From Pseudomonadota bacterium (lineage in GTDB: Bacteria; Pseudomonadota; Gammaproteobacteria; Burkholderiales; JABEVD01): a stretch of DNA of 64,000 nt. Each line of letters opens with the position of its first letter. Within the stretch, counting starts at the first letter, position 1. Positions 39,425 to 54,915 of the stretch are shown piece after piece. The stretch lies in assembly GCA_021802545.1 (NCBI GenBank), contig JAJZRS010000003.1, positions 10,284-74,283 on the forward strand, in the 5' to 3' direction. The notes under the pieces were generated by a model that saw nothing but the letters and a program-made list of their open reading frames with translations, did no database searches and was not told where the DNA came from. Made by a program: the position numbers and the translations under genes.

Positions 39425-40258
39425 ATGACAAGACAAAAGGGATTGGGAAGGGGGCTCGACGCGCTGCTCGGAGGGGAAGAAGCGTCTTCCGGAGACTTGC
39501 GCAAGCTGAAAGTGGGCGAGTTGCAACCTGGAAAATACCAGCCCAGAAGCATGATGGATCAGGATTCCTTGATGCATCTTGCTGAATCCATAAGGTCGCA
39601 AGGAATCATGCAGCCCATACTCGTGAGAAAGGTCGAGCAGGGCAAATACGAAATCATAGCAGGAGAGCGGCGCTGGAGAGCGTCCCAGCTCGCAGGGCTC
39701 GATGAAGTCCCCGTTCTGATAAGGGAAGTGCCGGACGAGGCGGCGCTTTCGATGGCGCTCATCGAAAACATACAAAGGGAAGACCTGAATCCGCTTGAGC
39801 AGGCGATTGGCATCCAGCGCCTCGTGGATGAATTCGGCATGACGCACCAGGAGGCGGCAGATGCGGTGGGTTATTCGCGCAGCGCGGTCAGCAATTTGCT
39901 GCGCCTCCTCAATCTGGCCAAGCCGGCACAGGATCTGCTCATGCAGGGCAAGATCGACATGGGACACGCAAGGGCACTTCTGAGCCTCTCTGCTGCAGAG
40001 CAGATCGAGCTCGGCAACCTCATCGCGAAAAAACAGCTTTCGGTGAGGGAGGCCGAAAGGCTGGTACAGTCGCTGCAGGGCGGGCAAAAACAGGAAAAGC
40101 ATTCGGATCACGACGTGATCAGGCTTCAGGAGGAAATCTCGGCAAAGCTCGGCACAGGCGTGACGATCAGCCATGGAAAGAAGGGAGCCGGCAAGCTCGT
40201 GATCGAATATTCAAGCCTCGAGCACCTCGATTCCATCCTTGGCAGGTTTCGCGTTTGA
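39425..40258 (+). CDS. parB: chromosome partitioning protein
   Basis: GLGRGL, AGERRWRA, ENIQREDL, HTH. Confidence 0.96.
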   Translation: MTRQKGLGRGLDALLGGEEASSGDLRKLKVGELQPGKYQPRSMMDQDSLMHLAESIRSQGIMQPILVRKVEQGKYEIIAGERRWRASQLAGLDEVPVLIREVPDEAALSMALIENIQREDLNPLEQAIGIQRLVDEFGMTHQEAADAVGYSRSAVSNLLRLLNLAKPAQDLLMQGKIDMGHARALLSLSAAEQIELGNLIAKKQLSVREAERLVQSLQGGQKQEKHSDHDVIRLQEEISAKLGTGVTISHGKKGAGKLVIEYSSLEHLDSILGRFRV

Positions 40259-40283
40259 CAGCGCCGGAAAACGTTGCTAACAT
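40255..40283 (+). promoter_or_regulatory. sigma70 promoter of atp operon
   Basis: TTGACA-N17-TAACAT with extended TG. Confidence 0.6.
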
Positions 40284-40305
40284 CCACAAGGTTTGTAATG
40301 GCGCG

Positions 40306-41497
<1,192 letters not shown>

Positions 41498-41543
41498 GAT
41501 TCTTTTCAACCCAACTTTAATTTATATACAGGAGAAAAATTAA

Positions 41544-41786
<243 letters not shown>

Positions 41787-41818
41787 GCAAGCGGGAATTA
41801 ACCGAAGGAAGAATTTGC

Positions 41819-42289
41819 ATGAACATCAATGCAACCCTTCTCGGCCAAACGATCATGTTCGTCATGTTCGTCTGGTTCTGCATGAAGTACATCTGGCCTC
41901 CCATCACCAATGCAATGGGCGAGCGCGCAAAGCGGATCGCCGATGGGCTTGCTGCAGGCGAGCGCGGGAAATCTGAACTCGAATTGGCGACGAAGAAGTC
42001 CCTCGAAATTTTGCATGAAGCCAAGCAGAAAGCTGCCGAAGTGATTTCGCAAGCCGAAAATCGCGCGGCTCAGATCGTCGACGAAGCCAAGACCGCCGCC
42101 AAGGAAGAAGGCGAGCGGCTCCTGAACGGCGCAAAAGCGGAAATCGAGCAGGAAGTCTTCCGTGCCCGTGAATCCCTGCGGGATCAGGTGGCGGCGCTTG
42201 CCGTGGCAGGTGCGGAAAAGATACTGCGCCAGGAAGTCGATACGGCCAAGCACGCAGAGCTTCTCAAGTCGATCCAGTCGGAGCTTTAA
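41819..42289 (+). CDS. atpF: ATP synthase subunit b
   Basis: [16 protein letters not shown], coiled coil. Confidence 0.97.
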   Translation: MNINATLLGQTIMFVMFVWFCMKYIWPPITNAMGERAKRIADGLAAGERGKSELELATKKSLEILHEAKQKAAEVISQAENRAAQIVDEAKTAAKEEGERLLNGAKAEIEQEVFRARESLRDQVAALAVAGAEKILRQEVDTAKHAELLKSIQSEL

Positions 42290-42298
42290 GGGACTGTC

Positions 42299-42835
42299 AT
42301 GGCCGAAATCGTAACCATTGCTAGACCCTATGCCGAAGCGGCGTTTCGAGTCGCCAAGGAAAAAGGAACCCTTGAAGAGTGGTCCGGGGAGCTGCAATTC
42401 CTTGCTGCGGTCGTTCAGGATGCAGGCATGCAATCATGCATCACCGATCCAAACATCACGCCTTCCAAGCTCGAGGCGCTGATCACATCGGTTGCAGCCG
42501 GAAAGATCGGCGAAATGGGGGTCAATTTCGTCAAGGAGCTCATTCACAATGGACGCCTTGGCATTCTGCCGCAGATTGCAGAGCTTTTTGAAGCGCTGAA
42601 GGCTGAGGAAGGCGGGATGCTGGAAGCCAGGGTGACTTCGGCCTATCCAATGACCAAGGCCCAGCTTGGCGATCTCGTTAAAAAGCTTGAGGCCAAGTTC
42701 AAGAAAAAAGTCGAAGCCAGCGCTGAAGTGGACGCGGATCTAATCGGCGGCGTCAAGATCGAGATCGGGGACGACGTGATCGATGCGTCGGTGCGCGGCA
42801 AGTTACAGGCGATGGCATTCGCCCTTACAAGATAG
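42299..42835 (+). CDS. atpH: ATP synthase delta
   Basis: [21 protein letters not shown]. Confidence 0.97.
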   Translation: MAEIVTIARPYAEAAFRVAKEKGTLEEWSGELQFLAAVVQDAGMQSCITDPNITPSKLEALITSVAAGKIGEMGVNFVKELIHNGRLGILPQIAELFEALKAEEGGMLEARVTSAYPMTKAQLGDLVKKLEAKFKKKVEASAEVDADLIGGVKIEIGDDVIDASVRGKLQAMAFALTR

Positions 42836-42843
42836 GAGTTATC

Positions 42844-44385
<1,542 letters not shown>

Positions 44386-44394
44386 GGAGTCGCC

Positions 44395-45261
44395 ATGGCT
44401 GGTGGGAAAGAAATAAGGACGAAGATCAAGAGCGTCCAGAACACCCAGAAAATCACGCGGGCGATGGAAATGGTCGCGGCTGCCAAGATGCGCAAGGCAC
44501 AGGACAGGATGCGCCTGGCTAGGCCCTACGGCGAGAAGATGCGGATAGTCGCCGCGCACATGAGCCGCGCGCACCCGGAATACACGCATCCGTTCATGGC
44601 GGAGCGGGCGAATTCCAAGCGCATCGGAATCATCGTGGTCAGTTCGGACAAGGGTCTTTGCGGCGGTCTGAATACCAATGTGCAGCGGCTTGTGCTCGCA
44701 AAGGTAAAGGATTGGGTCGAGGAAGGCAATGCGGTAGAGGCATGCGCCATAGGCAACAAGGGACTCGGCTTCCTGCAGCGACTGGGCGTGAACATTGCTG
44801 CGAGCGTTACCGGGCTCGGCGATACGCCCCACATGGACAAGCTGATCGGGCCTGTGAAGGTGATGCTTGACGATTATTCGGAAGGCAGGCTGGATGCGCT
44901 CTACCTCTTCTACACCAAATTCGTCAACACGATGAAGCAGGAGCCGGTGATGGAGCAATTGCTCCCGCTGCCCACGGAAAAGCTCGAGGGCGCGCACGGC
45001 ATATGGGACTACATATACGAGCCCGACGCCAAGACTGTGATCGATCAGGTGCTGCGCCGCTACATCGAAGCGCTGATTTACCAGGCCGTTGCGGAAAACA
45101 TGGCCTCGGAACAGAGCGCGCGGATGGTGGCGATGAAGGCGGCTTCCGACAATGCCGGAAATGTGATCGGCGAGCTCAAGCTGATATACAACAAGACTCG
45201 CCAAGCGGCGATCACCAAGGAACTTGCCGAAATCTGCGCAGGCGCTGCCGCAGTCGGTTGA
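44395..45261 (+). CDS. atpG: ATP synthase gamma
   Basis: [26 protein letters not shown]. Confidence 0.98.
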   Translation: MAGGKEIRTKIKSVQNTQKITRAMEMVAAAKMRKAQDRMRLARPYGEKMRIVAAHMSRAHPEYTHPFMAERANSKRIGIIVVSSDKGLCGGLNTNVQRLVLAKVKDWVEEGNAVEACAIGNKGLGFLQRLGVNIAASVTGLGDTPHMDKLIGPVKVMLDDYSEGRLDALYLFYTKFVNTMKQEPVMEQLLPLPTEKLEGAHGIWDYIYEPDAKTVIDQVLRRYIEALIYQAVAENMASEQSARMVAMKAASDNAGNVIGELKLIYNKTRQAAITKELAEICAGAAAVG

Positions 45262-45280
45262 TAGGTTTTAACTAGATTAG

Positions 45281-46669
<1,389 letters not shown>

Positions 46670-46677
46670 GGAACGAC

Positions 46678-47100
46678 ATGGCAATGACCATGCAAGTCGA
46701 TATCGTGAGCGCTGAGGAGAGCTTCTTCTCCGGCCTTGCCGAATTCGTGGCTGCACCTTCCATACTCGGTGAAGTGGGTATCTATCCCCGCCATGCCCCG
46801 ATGCTCACCAGGATCAAGCCCGGCTCGGTCAGGGTCAAGAAGGCGATGAGCGACGAGGAAGAGCTGATCTACGTGTCTGGCGGCATACTCGAGGTTCAAC
46901 CCGATGTCGTCACCGTACTGGCCGACTCGGCCATTCGAGGCGAAGATCTGGATGAAGCCAAGGCTACTGAAGCGAAACAGCGCGCAGAAGAAGCCATGAA
47001 AAACAAAGAAGCAGCCATCGAATTCGCGAGAGCCGAGGCCGAGCTCGCCGAAGCCGTCGCGCAGCTCGCGGCAATCCAGAAGCTGAGAAAGAGGCGCTGA
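46678..47100 (+). CDS. atpC: ATP synthase epsilon
   Basis: [24 protein letters not shown]. Confidence 0.97.
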   Translation: MAMTMQVDIVSAEESFFSGLAEFVAAPSILGEVGIYPRHAPMLTRIKPGSVRVKKAMSDEEELIYVSGGILEVQPDVVTVLADSAIRGEDLDEAKATEAKQRAEEAMKNKEAAIEFARAEAELAEAVAQLAAIQKLRKRR

Positions 47101-47115
47101 GACCGCGCATTGATG

Positions 47116-47145
47116 AAAAGGCAGCCTCGGCTGCCTTTTTGTTTT
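47116..47145 (+). terminator. intrinsic terminator of atp operon
   Basis: AAAAGGCAGCC-TC-GGCTGCCTTTT then TGTTTT. Confidence 0.85.
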
Positions 47146-47163
47146 GTGTCATAATGTCATGTC

Positions 47164-48540
47164 ATGTCGAACACTGAAAATCTGAGCGTAATCATCCTGG
47201 CCGCGGGCAAGGGTACGCGCATGAATTCCTCCATTCCCAAGGTGCTGCACGAACTCGCCGGCAAGCCCCTGCTGAGGCAGGTCGTCGACGTGGCGAAATC
47301 ATTGAATCCCAGGAAAATATGCGTCGTTTACGGGCATGGCGGAGAAATGGTTCCCAAGGCTCTTGATGACGACGACGCATTGCAATTCGTGCTGCAGGAG
47401 CCGCAATTGGGCACGGGGCACGCCGTTCAGATGGCGATGCCTTGTCTAGATGGGAAGGGCAGGACGCTGGTGCTGTACGGCGACGTTCCACTGATCAAGC
47501 CGGATACCCTGCATCATCTTCTTGAAAGCGGCGCAGGACTGTCGCTCTTGACGATGGAACTCGAAAACCCGCATGGCTACGGAAGGATAGTCAGGAATGA
47601 TGACGGAGATATCGTCGGGATAGTGGAAGAAAAAGATGCCACTGAAGCACAAAGGGGTATAAGAGAAGTAAATACTGGCGTACTTGTTTGTCCAACTGCA
47701 CAGCTAAAATCCTGGCTTTCCGAACTGAAAAATGAAAACGCACAAAAGGAATACTATCTGACCGACATCGTGGGCATCGCGGCCAGTGAGGGAGAAATGA
47801 TCCATTCCGCATCCCCGGGGCGCCAATGGGAAGTGATGGGCGTGAACGACAAGATCCAGCTTGCCGAGCTGGAGCGTGTATTCCAGATGGAAAGGGCTGT
47901 GGAACTGATGAGAAGCGGCACGAGCTTGGCCGATCCCTCGAGATTTGACTTGAGAGGCTCCCTCTCATGCGGTAGGGATGTGATCATCGACGTGAATTGC
48001 CTGTTCGAGGGCAGCGTGAAACTGGGCAGCAAGGTTAAAATAGGCGCAAATTCAGTATTAAAGAACGTCGAAGTCATGGATGGCGCAGAAATCGCCCCGT
48101 TCTGCCACATCGAAGATGCAGTGATCGGGCAGAATTGCAGAATCGGCCCTTATGCGAGGATAAGGCCGGGGACCCAGCTTGGAGAGGGTGTGCACATCGG
48201 AAATTTCGTCGAAGTGAAGAACAGCAGAATCGCAGAGAAAAGCAAGGCGAACCACTTGAGCTATGTAGGGGATGCCACCGTGGGCAAAAACGTCAACATA
48301 GGTGCGGGCACGATTACCTGCAACTATGACGGCGCGAACAAGCACAGGACGATCATCGAGGACGATGCATTCATCGGCTCGGATACCCAGCTTATTGCGC
48401 CGGTGACCGTGGGCAAGGGCGCTACGATAGGCGCAGGTTCCACGATAGTCAGAAATACGCCTGAAGGCGGGTTGACGCTGTCGCGCGCCAAGCAGGTACA
48501 TATCGAATACTGGAAAAGACCTGTGAAGAAGAAGGACTAG
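47164..48540 (+). CDS. glmU: bifunctional GlmU
   Basis: [16 protein letters not shown], hexapeptide repeats, CNYDG. Confidence 0.97.
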   Translation: MSNTENLSVIILAAGKGTRMNSSIPKVLHELAGKPLLRQVVDVAKSLNPRKICVVYGHGGEMVPKALDDDDALQFVLQEPQLGTGHAVQMAMPCLDGKGRTLVLYGDVPLIKPDTLHHLLESGAGLSLLTMELENPHGYGRIVRNDDGDIVGIVEEKDATEAQRGIREVNTGVLVCPTAQLKSWLSELKNENAQKEYYLTDIVGIAASEGEMIHSASPGRQWEVMGVNDKIQLAELERVFQMERAVELMRSGTSLADPSRFDLRGSLSCGRDVIIDVNCLFEGSVKLGSKVKIGANSVLKNVEVMDGAEIAPFCHIEDAVIGQNCRIGPYARIRPGTQLGEGVHIGNFVEVKNSRIAEKSKANHLSYVGDATVGKNVNIGAGTITCNYDGANKHRTIIEDDAFIGSDTQLIAPVTVGKGATIGAGSTIVRNTPEGGLTLSRAKQVHIEYWKRPVKKKD

Positions 48541-48542
48541 AC

Positions 48543-50366
48543 ATGTGCGGGATAGTCGGCGCTGTAGCGCAAAGGAATGTGGTGCCCATCCTTCTCGAGG
48601 GACTTCGGCGCCTCGAGTACCGCGGATACGATTCTGCAGGCCTAGCCATCATCAACGGCGGGCTAAAGCGGATCAGAAGCACAGGCCGCGTGGCCGAGCT
48701 CTCATCTCTCTCCAAGGAGCTCAAGGGTAATCTAGGGATTGCGCATACCCGCTGGGCAACGCACGGCGCGCCGACTGAAAAGAACGCCCATCCTCACGCC
48801 AGCCGCGAGGAGATCGCGGTGGTGCACAACGGCATCATCGAAAACCATGTTGAATTGCGCAAAGAACTCGAAGATCTCGGTTACGAATTCGAATCCGATA
48901 CCGACACGGAAGTCATCGTCCACCTGATCCATCATCATTTTCAGCAAAGCCGCGATTTGTTCAATGCAACCCGATCAGCGGTGAAGCAGCTGAAGGGCGC
49001 TTACGCGATAGCGGTTGTAAGCGCTGACTCACGTGAAAAACTCGTATGCGCGAGACAAGGAAGCCCGCTTCTGATCGGGCTTGGCATAGAAGAAAACTTC
49101 ATCGCATCGGATGCCTCTGCGCTCCTGCCCGTGACGAGAAGGATAGTTTATTTGGAAGATGGCGATGTTGCCGAACTCGGGCTCTTCGAATACAGGATCT
49201 TTGATGCATCGGGCAATCCCGCCGAACGCACAATACACATCAGCGAACTCAGCGCAGAAACGGCGGAGCTGGGTCAATACCGCCATTTCATGCAGAAAGA
49301 GATCTTCGAACAGCCGAAGGCAATCGCAGACACGCTGGACATCGCCATCAACGAAACAGGAATATCTCCGGAACTGTATGGCCATCTCGGAGAAAGCGTT
49401 CTGCAAGACGCGGAAGCCGTCACCATCCTGGCATGCGGTACGAGCTATCATGCGGGACTTGTCGCAAGATACTGGATCGAAAGCCTGGCGGGCATACCCT
49501 GCAATGCCGAAATTGCAAGCGAGTACCGATACCGGGAAAGCGTACCCAACCCGAATGCGCTCATCGTCACCATATCGCAATCGGGAGAAACTGCAGATAC
49601 CCTGGCTGCACTCGATCACGCTAAATCGCTCGGACAGTCGAAAACGCTTGCTATCTGCAATGTGGATGAAAGCGCATTGGTCAGGCAATCGAAACTGCGC
49701 TTTCTGACAAGGGCAGGACCTGAAATCGGCGTGGCCTCCACAAAGGCATTCACGACCCAATTGGCCGCGCTATTTCTGCTGACGCTCGTCCTTGCGAAAT
49801 TGAAAGGAAAGTTGAGCCGCGAACAGGAAGCCGGGCACATCGAATCGCTTCGCAAGCTTCCCCATGCCGTCAACAGGGCGCTCGAATTAGAGCCCGATAT
49901 CATGCAATGGGCGGAGCGGTTTGCCCAAAAAGATCATGCGCTTTTCCTGGCCAGAGGCATTCACTATCCTATCGCACTGGAAGGCGCGCTCAAACTCAAG
50001 GAAATTTCGTATATCCACGCCGAAGCCTATCCGGCGGGTGAGCTGAAACACGGACCGCTCGCGCTGGTGGACAGCAACATGCCCGTCATCGCGGTTGCAC
50101 CAAGCGATGCCCTGATAGAAAAACTGAAATCCAATCTTCAGGAGGTCAAGGCAAGAGGTGGCGAGCTCTACGTCGTGGCAGACGAGGAATCCCATTTCCA
50201 CGACGAAGCGAGTATTCACGTCGCAAGAATGGCGGGCCACGCGCATTATCTGAGTCCCATCCTGCACGCTGTACCGATGCAGCTGCTCGCCTATCATGCG
50301 GCCTTGCAGAAGGGAACGGATGTCGACAAACCCAGAAATCTCGCCAAATCCGTCACGGTAGAATAG
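48543..50366 (+). CDS. glmS: glucosamine-fructose-6-phosphate aminotransferase
   Basis: [25 protein letters not shown]. Confidence 0.98.
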   Translation: MCGIVGAVAQRNVVPILLEGLRRLEYRGYDSAGLAIINGGLKRIRSTGRVAELSSLSKELKGNLGIAHTRWATHGAPTEKNAHPHASREEIAVVHNGIIENHVELRKELEDLGYEFESDTDTEVIVHLIHHHFQQSRDLFNATRSAVKQLKGAYAIAVVSADSREKLVCARQGSPLLIGLGIEENFIASDASALLPVTRRIVYLEDGDVAELGLFEYRIFDASGNPAERTIHISELSAETAELGQYRHFMQKEIFEQPKAIADTLDIAINETGISPELYGHLGESVLQDAEAVTILACGTSYHAGLVARYWIESLAGIPCNAEIASEYRYRESVPNPNALIVTISQSGETADTLAALDHAKSLGQSKTLAICNVDESALVRQSKLRFLTRAGPEIGVASTKAFTTQLAALFLLTLVLAKLKGKLSREQEAGHIESLRKLPHAVNRALELEPDIMQWAERFAQKDHALFLARGIHYPIALEGALKLKEISYIHAEAYPAGELKHGPLALVDSNMPVIAVAPSDALIEKLKSNLQEVKARGGELYVVADEESHFHDEASIHVARMAGHAHYLSPILHAVPMQLLAYHAALQKGTDVDKPRNLAKSVTVE

Positions 50367-50407
50367 CTGTCACAAAACCGCAAACATACTGCTGATATAG
50401 TGGACAG

Positions 50408-51586
50408 ATGAATGTCCTGATGATATCAGACGTATATTTCCCCCGCGTCAACGGCGTTTCTACATCCATAGAAACGTTCAGAAAAGAACTTTCCCAAAGA
50501 GGCGCGAGCGTCACTCTGATTGCGCCGGATTATGGTGCTCATGGAGAAGAAAAGGACATCATCCGCATCCCTTCCAAAAAGGTAATGTTCGATCCTGAAG
50601 ACAGGATGATGTCCTACCGATCCATCATTGCACTAAAGGAAGAGCTCAGGGACAGGGAATTCGATCTGGTTCATATCCAGACGCCATTCGTCGCGCACTA
50701 TGCGGGTGTCGCCATGGCAAAAGAGCTCGGGGTCCCGAAGATCGTGACCTACCATACCTTTTTCGAAGAATACCTCTACCACTATATCCCCTTTCTTCCC
50801 GCATCATGGATGCGCGCGTTGGCCCGAGGGTTTTCAAGGACGCAGTGCAATGATGTGGACGGCATCGTTGTCCCCTCGCACGCCATGGCCAAAACCCTGG
50901 AACAATACGGCGTGCAAAAACCACTGCATCTCATCCCGACGGGCATTCCCGAAGCGATGTTCGAATCCGGGGAAAGGGCCGCCTTCCGCGAGAAATACGG
51001 CATCCCTCACGATACGCCCGTGATGCTGTTCGTCGGGCGCGTTGCATTCGAAAAGAACCTCGAATTCCTGCTCCATGCGACCGACATGGCAAGGCGCAAA
51101 ATCCCAGATCTATTGCTCGTCATTGCAGGAGAGGGCCCGGCGCTGAAATCGATCGAAAAGCTGGCGGGCAGCCTGAACCTCGAGAAGAACGTCAGGATGA
51201 TCGGTTACCTGGACAGGGAAAAAGGGCTGAGGGATTGCTACAGTGCGGCAGACGTATTCGTTTTCGCTTCGCGCACGGAAACGCAGGGCCTGGTTCTGCT
51301 CGAAGCAATGGCTGCCGGCGTGCCCGTCATATCGACGGCGCACATGGGAACAAAGGATATCCTCAAGGAAGAATCCGGTGCGGTCGTGCCTCAAGACGAT
51401 GTGACAGATTTCGCGGAAGCGATCACAGACATGATCCATAAAGTTGAGCTCAGAAGTGAGCGCGCGCTTCAAGCCCACCGCTATGCCAGGACATGGAGCT
51501 CGGGCGCGATGGCGGATAAGATGAGGGATCTGTACAAGAATATGAAAGAGGGTAGTTCAACAGGAGCGCCTATTACGGTAAGATAG
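50408..51586 (+). CDS. GT4 glycosyltransferase (diacylglycerol glycosyltransferase-like)
   Basis: SDVYFPRVNGVSTS, YHT, VGRVAFEKN, ETQGLVLLEAMA. Confidence 0.85.
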   Translation: MNVLMISDVYFPRVNGVSTSIETFRKELSQRGASVTLIAPDYGAHGEEKDIIRIPSKKVMFDPEDRMMSYRSIIALKEELRDREFDLVHIQTPFVAHYAGVAMAKELGVPKIVTYHTFFEEYLYHYIPFLPASWMRALARGFSRTQCNDVDGIVVPSHAMAKTLEQYGVQKPLHLIPTGIPEAMFESGERAAFREKYGIPHDTPVMLFVGRVAFEKNLEFLLHATDMARRKIPDLLLVIAGEGPALKSIEKLAGSLNLEKNVRMIGYLDREKGLRDCYSAADVFVFASRTETQGLVLLEAMAAGVPVISTAHMGTKDILKEESGAVVPQDDVTDFAEAITDMIHKVELRSERALQAHRYARTWSSGAMADKMRDLYKNMKEGSSTGAPITVR

Positions 51587-51612
51587 CAGGGTCGAAAAAA
51601 GATCGGGGAAGC

Positions 51613-52383
51613 ATGGCGACCATTGCAGTCTTCAATCAAAAAGGAGGGGTTGGCAAGACCACGACAACCCTGAACATTGCAGCGGCGCTTGCCATGCTCG
51701 AGAAAAACCCGCTCGCGATCGATCTTGATCCGCAGGCCCACCTGACGCAATCGCTCGGCGTCGACCAGTCGATATCGAATGGCATTTCCTCATTTTTCAG
51801 GGATGAGCGATCATTGCTCGACCTTGTTCAATACCGACCGGGCCTACGCGTCATTCCGGCACATTCAGACCTGTCCAAGATCGATGCGCTATCGGGAAAG
51901 AAGGGAAGCGTTGCATCAAGACTGAAAGAAGGGTTGGGTGAAAACCTGGCCAAGGACAGCAGCCCGATTGTCATCGATTGCTGTCCCCTGCTGGGCATAC
52001 TGTCGCTCAATGCTATCATTTCAGCAGACAGGGTGCTGATTCCCGTTTCAGCGGATTTTCTTTCCATGCAAGGCGTCCAGAAAGTCGTCGCGCTGCTCGA
52101 AATATTGCGCGTTCGATACGGCAAGGAATTCGAATTCAGGATTCTTTTGACCCGGTTCAATGCAAGACGCAAACTCTCCCATTCCATTTACGACACGCTC
52201 AGGGAGCGTTACGGCGAAAAGGTTTGCGATACCCGCATCATGGAAAACGTCAGCCTGGCGGAGAGCCCGGCCTACGGCAAGGATGTTTTCAGCCATGCTC
52301 CGAACAGCCAGGGGGCGCGGGACTACTACGCGCTTACCCAGGAACTGGTCGATACAGGTTTCTTCAAAAACTCTCCCGCCTAG
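51613..52383 (+). CDS. orphan ParA-family ATPase
   Basis: NQKGGVGKTT, DLDPQAHL, IDCCP, LAESP; no adjacent parB. Confidence 0.88.
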   Translation: MATIAVFNQKGGVGKTTTTLNIAAALAMLEKNPLAIDLDPQAHLTQSLGVDQSISNGISSFFRDERSLLDLVQYRPGLRVIPAHSDLSKIDALSGKKGSVASRLKEGLGENLAKDSSPIVIDCCPLLGILSLNAIISADRVLIPVSADFLSMQGVQKVVALLEILRVRYGKEFEFRILLTRFNARRKLSHSIYDTLRERYGEKVCDTRIMENVSLAESPAYGKDVFSHAPNSQGARDYYALTQELVDTGFFKNSPA

Positions 52384-53131
52384 GCTTGTGCGGGGCCTTT
52401 GAGAAGACTAAAGCATGAAGCCGCTTCGGCAGCATAACCATGATTTTTCCGACGATCATCATTTGCCAGGGAAAGGTGTAGAAGAGCTTTCCGCTTGAGA
52501 TTGCGTTGGCGATTTTTTTCGCTGCCCTGTCGGCCGGAACAAGAAAAGGCATGGGGTAAGGATTGTGCGCCGTCATCGGCGTGTCGACATAACCGGGACA
52601 GATCGTGACCACGTCAACGCCCGATCCGTACAATTCGCTTCTCAAGCTCTCCAGATAATTGATCGCTGCAGCTTTTGAAGAGGAGTAAGCGCCAGCTCCT
52701 GGAAGCCCCCTGAAACCCGCGACGCTGGCAATCCCGACCAGTTTGCCGCTCTTCGCGGCTTTCATTCCGTGAATGTAGGGCTGAAACGTTTTGATCATGC
52801 CGATGACGTTCGTATCGAAAATATCCTGAACGGAGTCGATGTCTTCGGAAAATTCCGTCAGGTTGCCGATACTGATTCCGGCATTGGCGATGACGATGTC
52901 GGGGCAGCCACAATGGGAAATGAAGTCCCTTGCTGCAGACTGGATTGCAGGGAGATCGCGCACATCCGCTGAATAAATTCTGGCCGACTCAGGCCAGTTC
53001 TCCGCGAAAAAACTCAGCTTGTCGGGACGCCTCGCGAGCAGACCGACTGTGGCGCCGCTTTCAAGGTAATGCCTGGCCAGCTCGAACCCGATCCCGCTCG
53101 ATGCGCCGCTGATGAAAATGCGTCTATTCAT
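52364..53131 (-). CDS. short-chain dehydrogenase
   Basis: GASSGIG, NAG, YSSSK. Confidence 0.9.
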   Translation of the reverse strand: MNRRIFISGASSGIGFELARHYLESGATVGLLARRPDKLSFFAENWPESARIYSADVRDLPAIQSAARDFISHCGCPDIVIANAGISIGNLTEFSEDIDSVQDIFDTNVIGMIKTFQPYIHGMKAAKSGKLVGIASVAGFRGLPGAGAYSSSKAAAINYLESLRSELYGSGVDVVTICPGYVDTPMTAHNPYPMPFLVPADRAAKKIANAISSGKLFYTFPWQMMIVGKIMVMLPKRLHALVFSKAPHKPRRESF

Positions 53132-53700
53132 TGTCCTCGCGCTTTCGAGACAAGCCGATCGAGCAGATCTCCCCTGGCAAGATTGCCCAGGACAAGGTAC
53201 TTCCCGCCCACGACGAGCGAAGGCACGCCGTTGATTTCGAGCCTGGCGGCAAGCTGTCTGGATTCCTCGATTTTCCTGTCCACGGCATCCGAATGGTAGA
53301 TCGCTTTGAATTGCTTCATGTCGACGGCATGCCCGCCAAGCCAGTCGAAAAGGGCGGCCTCGTCATTCAGATCGACCCCGTCATGGATTGCCGAATAGAT
53401 CTCGTCTCGCAGACGGCTTTCCTGGCCCAGCATGGAGAGTGCATAGAAAGTTCTGGCGAGCGGCAGCCATGCACGCCTGAATGCGGGGACGGGAACCCAT
53501 TCGACTTCGGGGTGGTGGCCGGTCCAGTCATTCAGGAAAGGCTCCAGCGCGTAGCATTGTGGGCAGCCATAGTAGAAGAATTCGATAAGCTCGACTTTCT
53601 TCGACTTGACCTGCAGCGGCGGGTCAATCGCCAGATAATCCTTTTCCGCCTGAACGGAAAAGGAAAGAATGATCAGTGCCGTCGCCAGCCCGATTTTCAG
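53128..53700 (-). CDS. second DsbA-family thiol:disulfide protein
   Basis: Frame of the 101-aa ORF extends to CTG 53700, adding signal peptide and EFFYYGCPQCY; GVP cis-Pro motif. Confidence 0.82.
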   Translation of the reverse strand: MKIGLATALIILSFSVQAEKDYLAIDPPLQVKSKKVELIEFFYYGCPQCYALEPFLNDWTGHHPEVEWVPVPAFRRAWLPLARTFYALSMLGQESRLRDEIYSAIHDGVDLNDEAALFDWLGGHAVDMKQFKAIYHSDAVDRKIEESRQLAARLEINGVPSLVVGGKYLVLGNLARGDLLDRLVSKARGQ

Positions 53701-54317
53701 TGCCTGGCCCGTTCAGCCCTCGCCTTCTGGATGAGTTTGTCGAGTTCTGCAATCGTTCCGGGAAGCGATTGCGTGAGCTCGGGGGAGGTGAGGTATTTTC
53801 CGTCGATCACCAGTGATGGGGTGCCCATGATTCCATAGCTTCTGGTCATCTGCTTCGACTTGTTCATGTCAACCTGGGCTGAAAAGGAGGAATAGGCGGC
53901 GGCAAGCTTGGCGCGATCGACGCCCTGCTTTACAGCCCAATCAAGCAGTGTGTTTTCGTCTCCCAGGTCGATATTGTCGAGCTGGACGGCTTTATAAACC
54001 GCGCCGTGCAGCGCAGGTTCCTTCCCAATGACGTCCAAGGCATAGTAGGTCTTGGCGAGCTTTGCCCACTGGTCGTTGAAGATCGTCGGTACGTAGCGGA
54101 ATTCGACATCCTTGGGCAGAGTTTTCAGCCATGGATCGAGATAGCGCTGCAGGTGGTAGCAATGCGGGCAGCCGTAATAGAAAAATTCGAGGACCTCGAT
54201 TTTTTTGCCGCTCTCAGTGGGCTGAGGCGGTGATACCAGCGTATATCCCTTGTCGGCATGTGCAAGGGAAGCCCAGAAAAGCAGCGTGGCGAAGAACAAG
54301 CTTTTGAAAATGCGCAT
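53697..54317 (-). CDS. dsbA: thiol:disulfide interchange protein
   Basis: Signal peptide, EFFYYGCPHCY, GTP. Confidence 0.92.
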   Translation of the reverse strand: MRIFKSLFFATLLFWASLAHADKGYTLVSPPQPTESGKKIEVLEFFYYGCPHCYHLQRYLDPWLKTLPKDVEFRYVPTIFNDQWAKLAKTYYALDVIGKEPALHGAVYKAVQLDNIDLGDENTLLDWAVKQGVDRAKLAAAYSSFSAQVDMNKSKQMTRSYGIMGTPSLVIDGKYLTSPELTQSLPGTIAELDKLIQKARAERARH

Positions 54318-54329
54318 GACGAATCTCCG

Positions 54330-54902
54330 TTATTGACCCAGTTCCTTGATTTTGACAACGCTGGAAGCGATGCCGTTCTGCTGCAGCTCGTCCTGGGCCT
54401 TCTTCAGATCCTCTTCGTTCTGATAAGGACCGATACGGACGCGGTATTTTGAAGCGCCCGGGCCTGCTTGAATTTCGGATTCGAGCCCTATCATGGCAAG
54501 CTTGGCTTTCATGTTGTCGGCTTCGTCTTTTTTCTGAAATGCGCCAGCCTGAAGATAATAGCTTTCGGAAGCCGGTGTGGTAGGCGAGGGCGCGGCAGGC
54601 GCAGCGGCGGCCGGCGCCACCTTGGCGGGACCGCTTTCTTTTCCGGGAAGAATATTATAGAAATCGAACTTGGGCTTGCCTTCAGGCGGAGCTGTCGCAG
54701 CTTGCGGTGCTGGAAGCGGCGCTGGCTTTTGCGCGACCTGTTCGTGACTGAGGAACGGGCTGGGCATCTTGTTGATGTACCACGCCACGCCAAGGGCGGT
54801 TCCTATGCCCAGAATGAAACCAATCAAGATGCCGGCAAACATTGAACCGCCGCGTCCCCCACCGGAACTCGATTTCGACCTGGGCTTGTAGTCTCTACTC
54901 AT
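54330..54902 (-). CDS. SPOR domain cell division protein (FtsN-like)
   Basis: TM helix, FDFYNILP, LQAGAF...YRVRIGPY; after argS; start ATG 54902. Confidence 0.85.
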   Translation of the reverse strand: MSRDYKPRSKSSSGGGRGGSMFAGILIGFILGIGTALGVAWYINKMPSPFLSHEQVAQKPAPLPAPQAATAPPEGKPKFDFYNILPGKESGPAKVAPAAAAPAAPSPTTPASESYYLQAGAFQKKDEADNMKAKLAMIGLESEIQAGPGASKYRVRIGPYQNEEDLKKAQDELQQNGIASSVVKIKELGQ

Positions 54903-54915
54903 AATCTGATCTCTT

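Noticed and set aside
47147-47168. TGTCA repeats before glmU
   Set aside because: Spacing is not the 11-bp Pho-box period; explained by a -10 element and the start codon
49025-49040. parS-like TGACTCACGTGAAAAA in glmS
   Set aside because: Three mismatches, two in one arm; may be chance
50330-50407. Tn7 insertion at canonical attTn7 after glmS
   Set aside because: Only 41 bp to the next gene, with no transposon ends or duplication and host-like downstream genes
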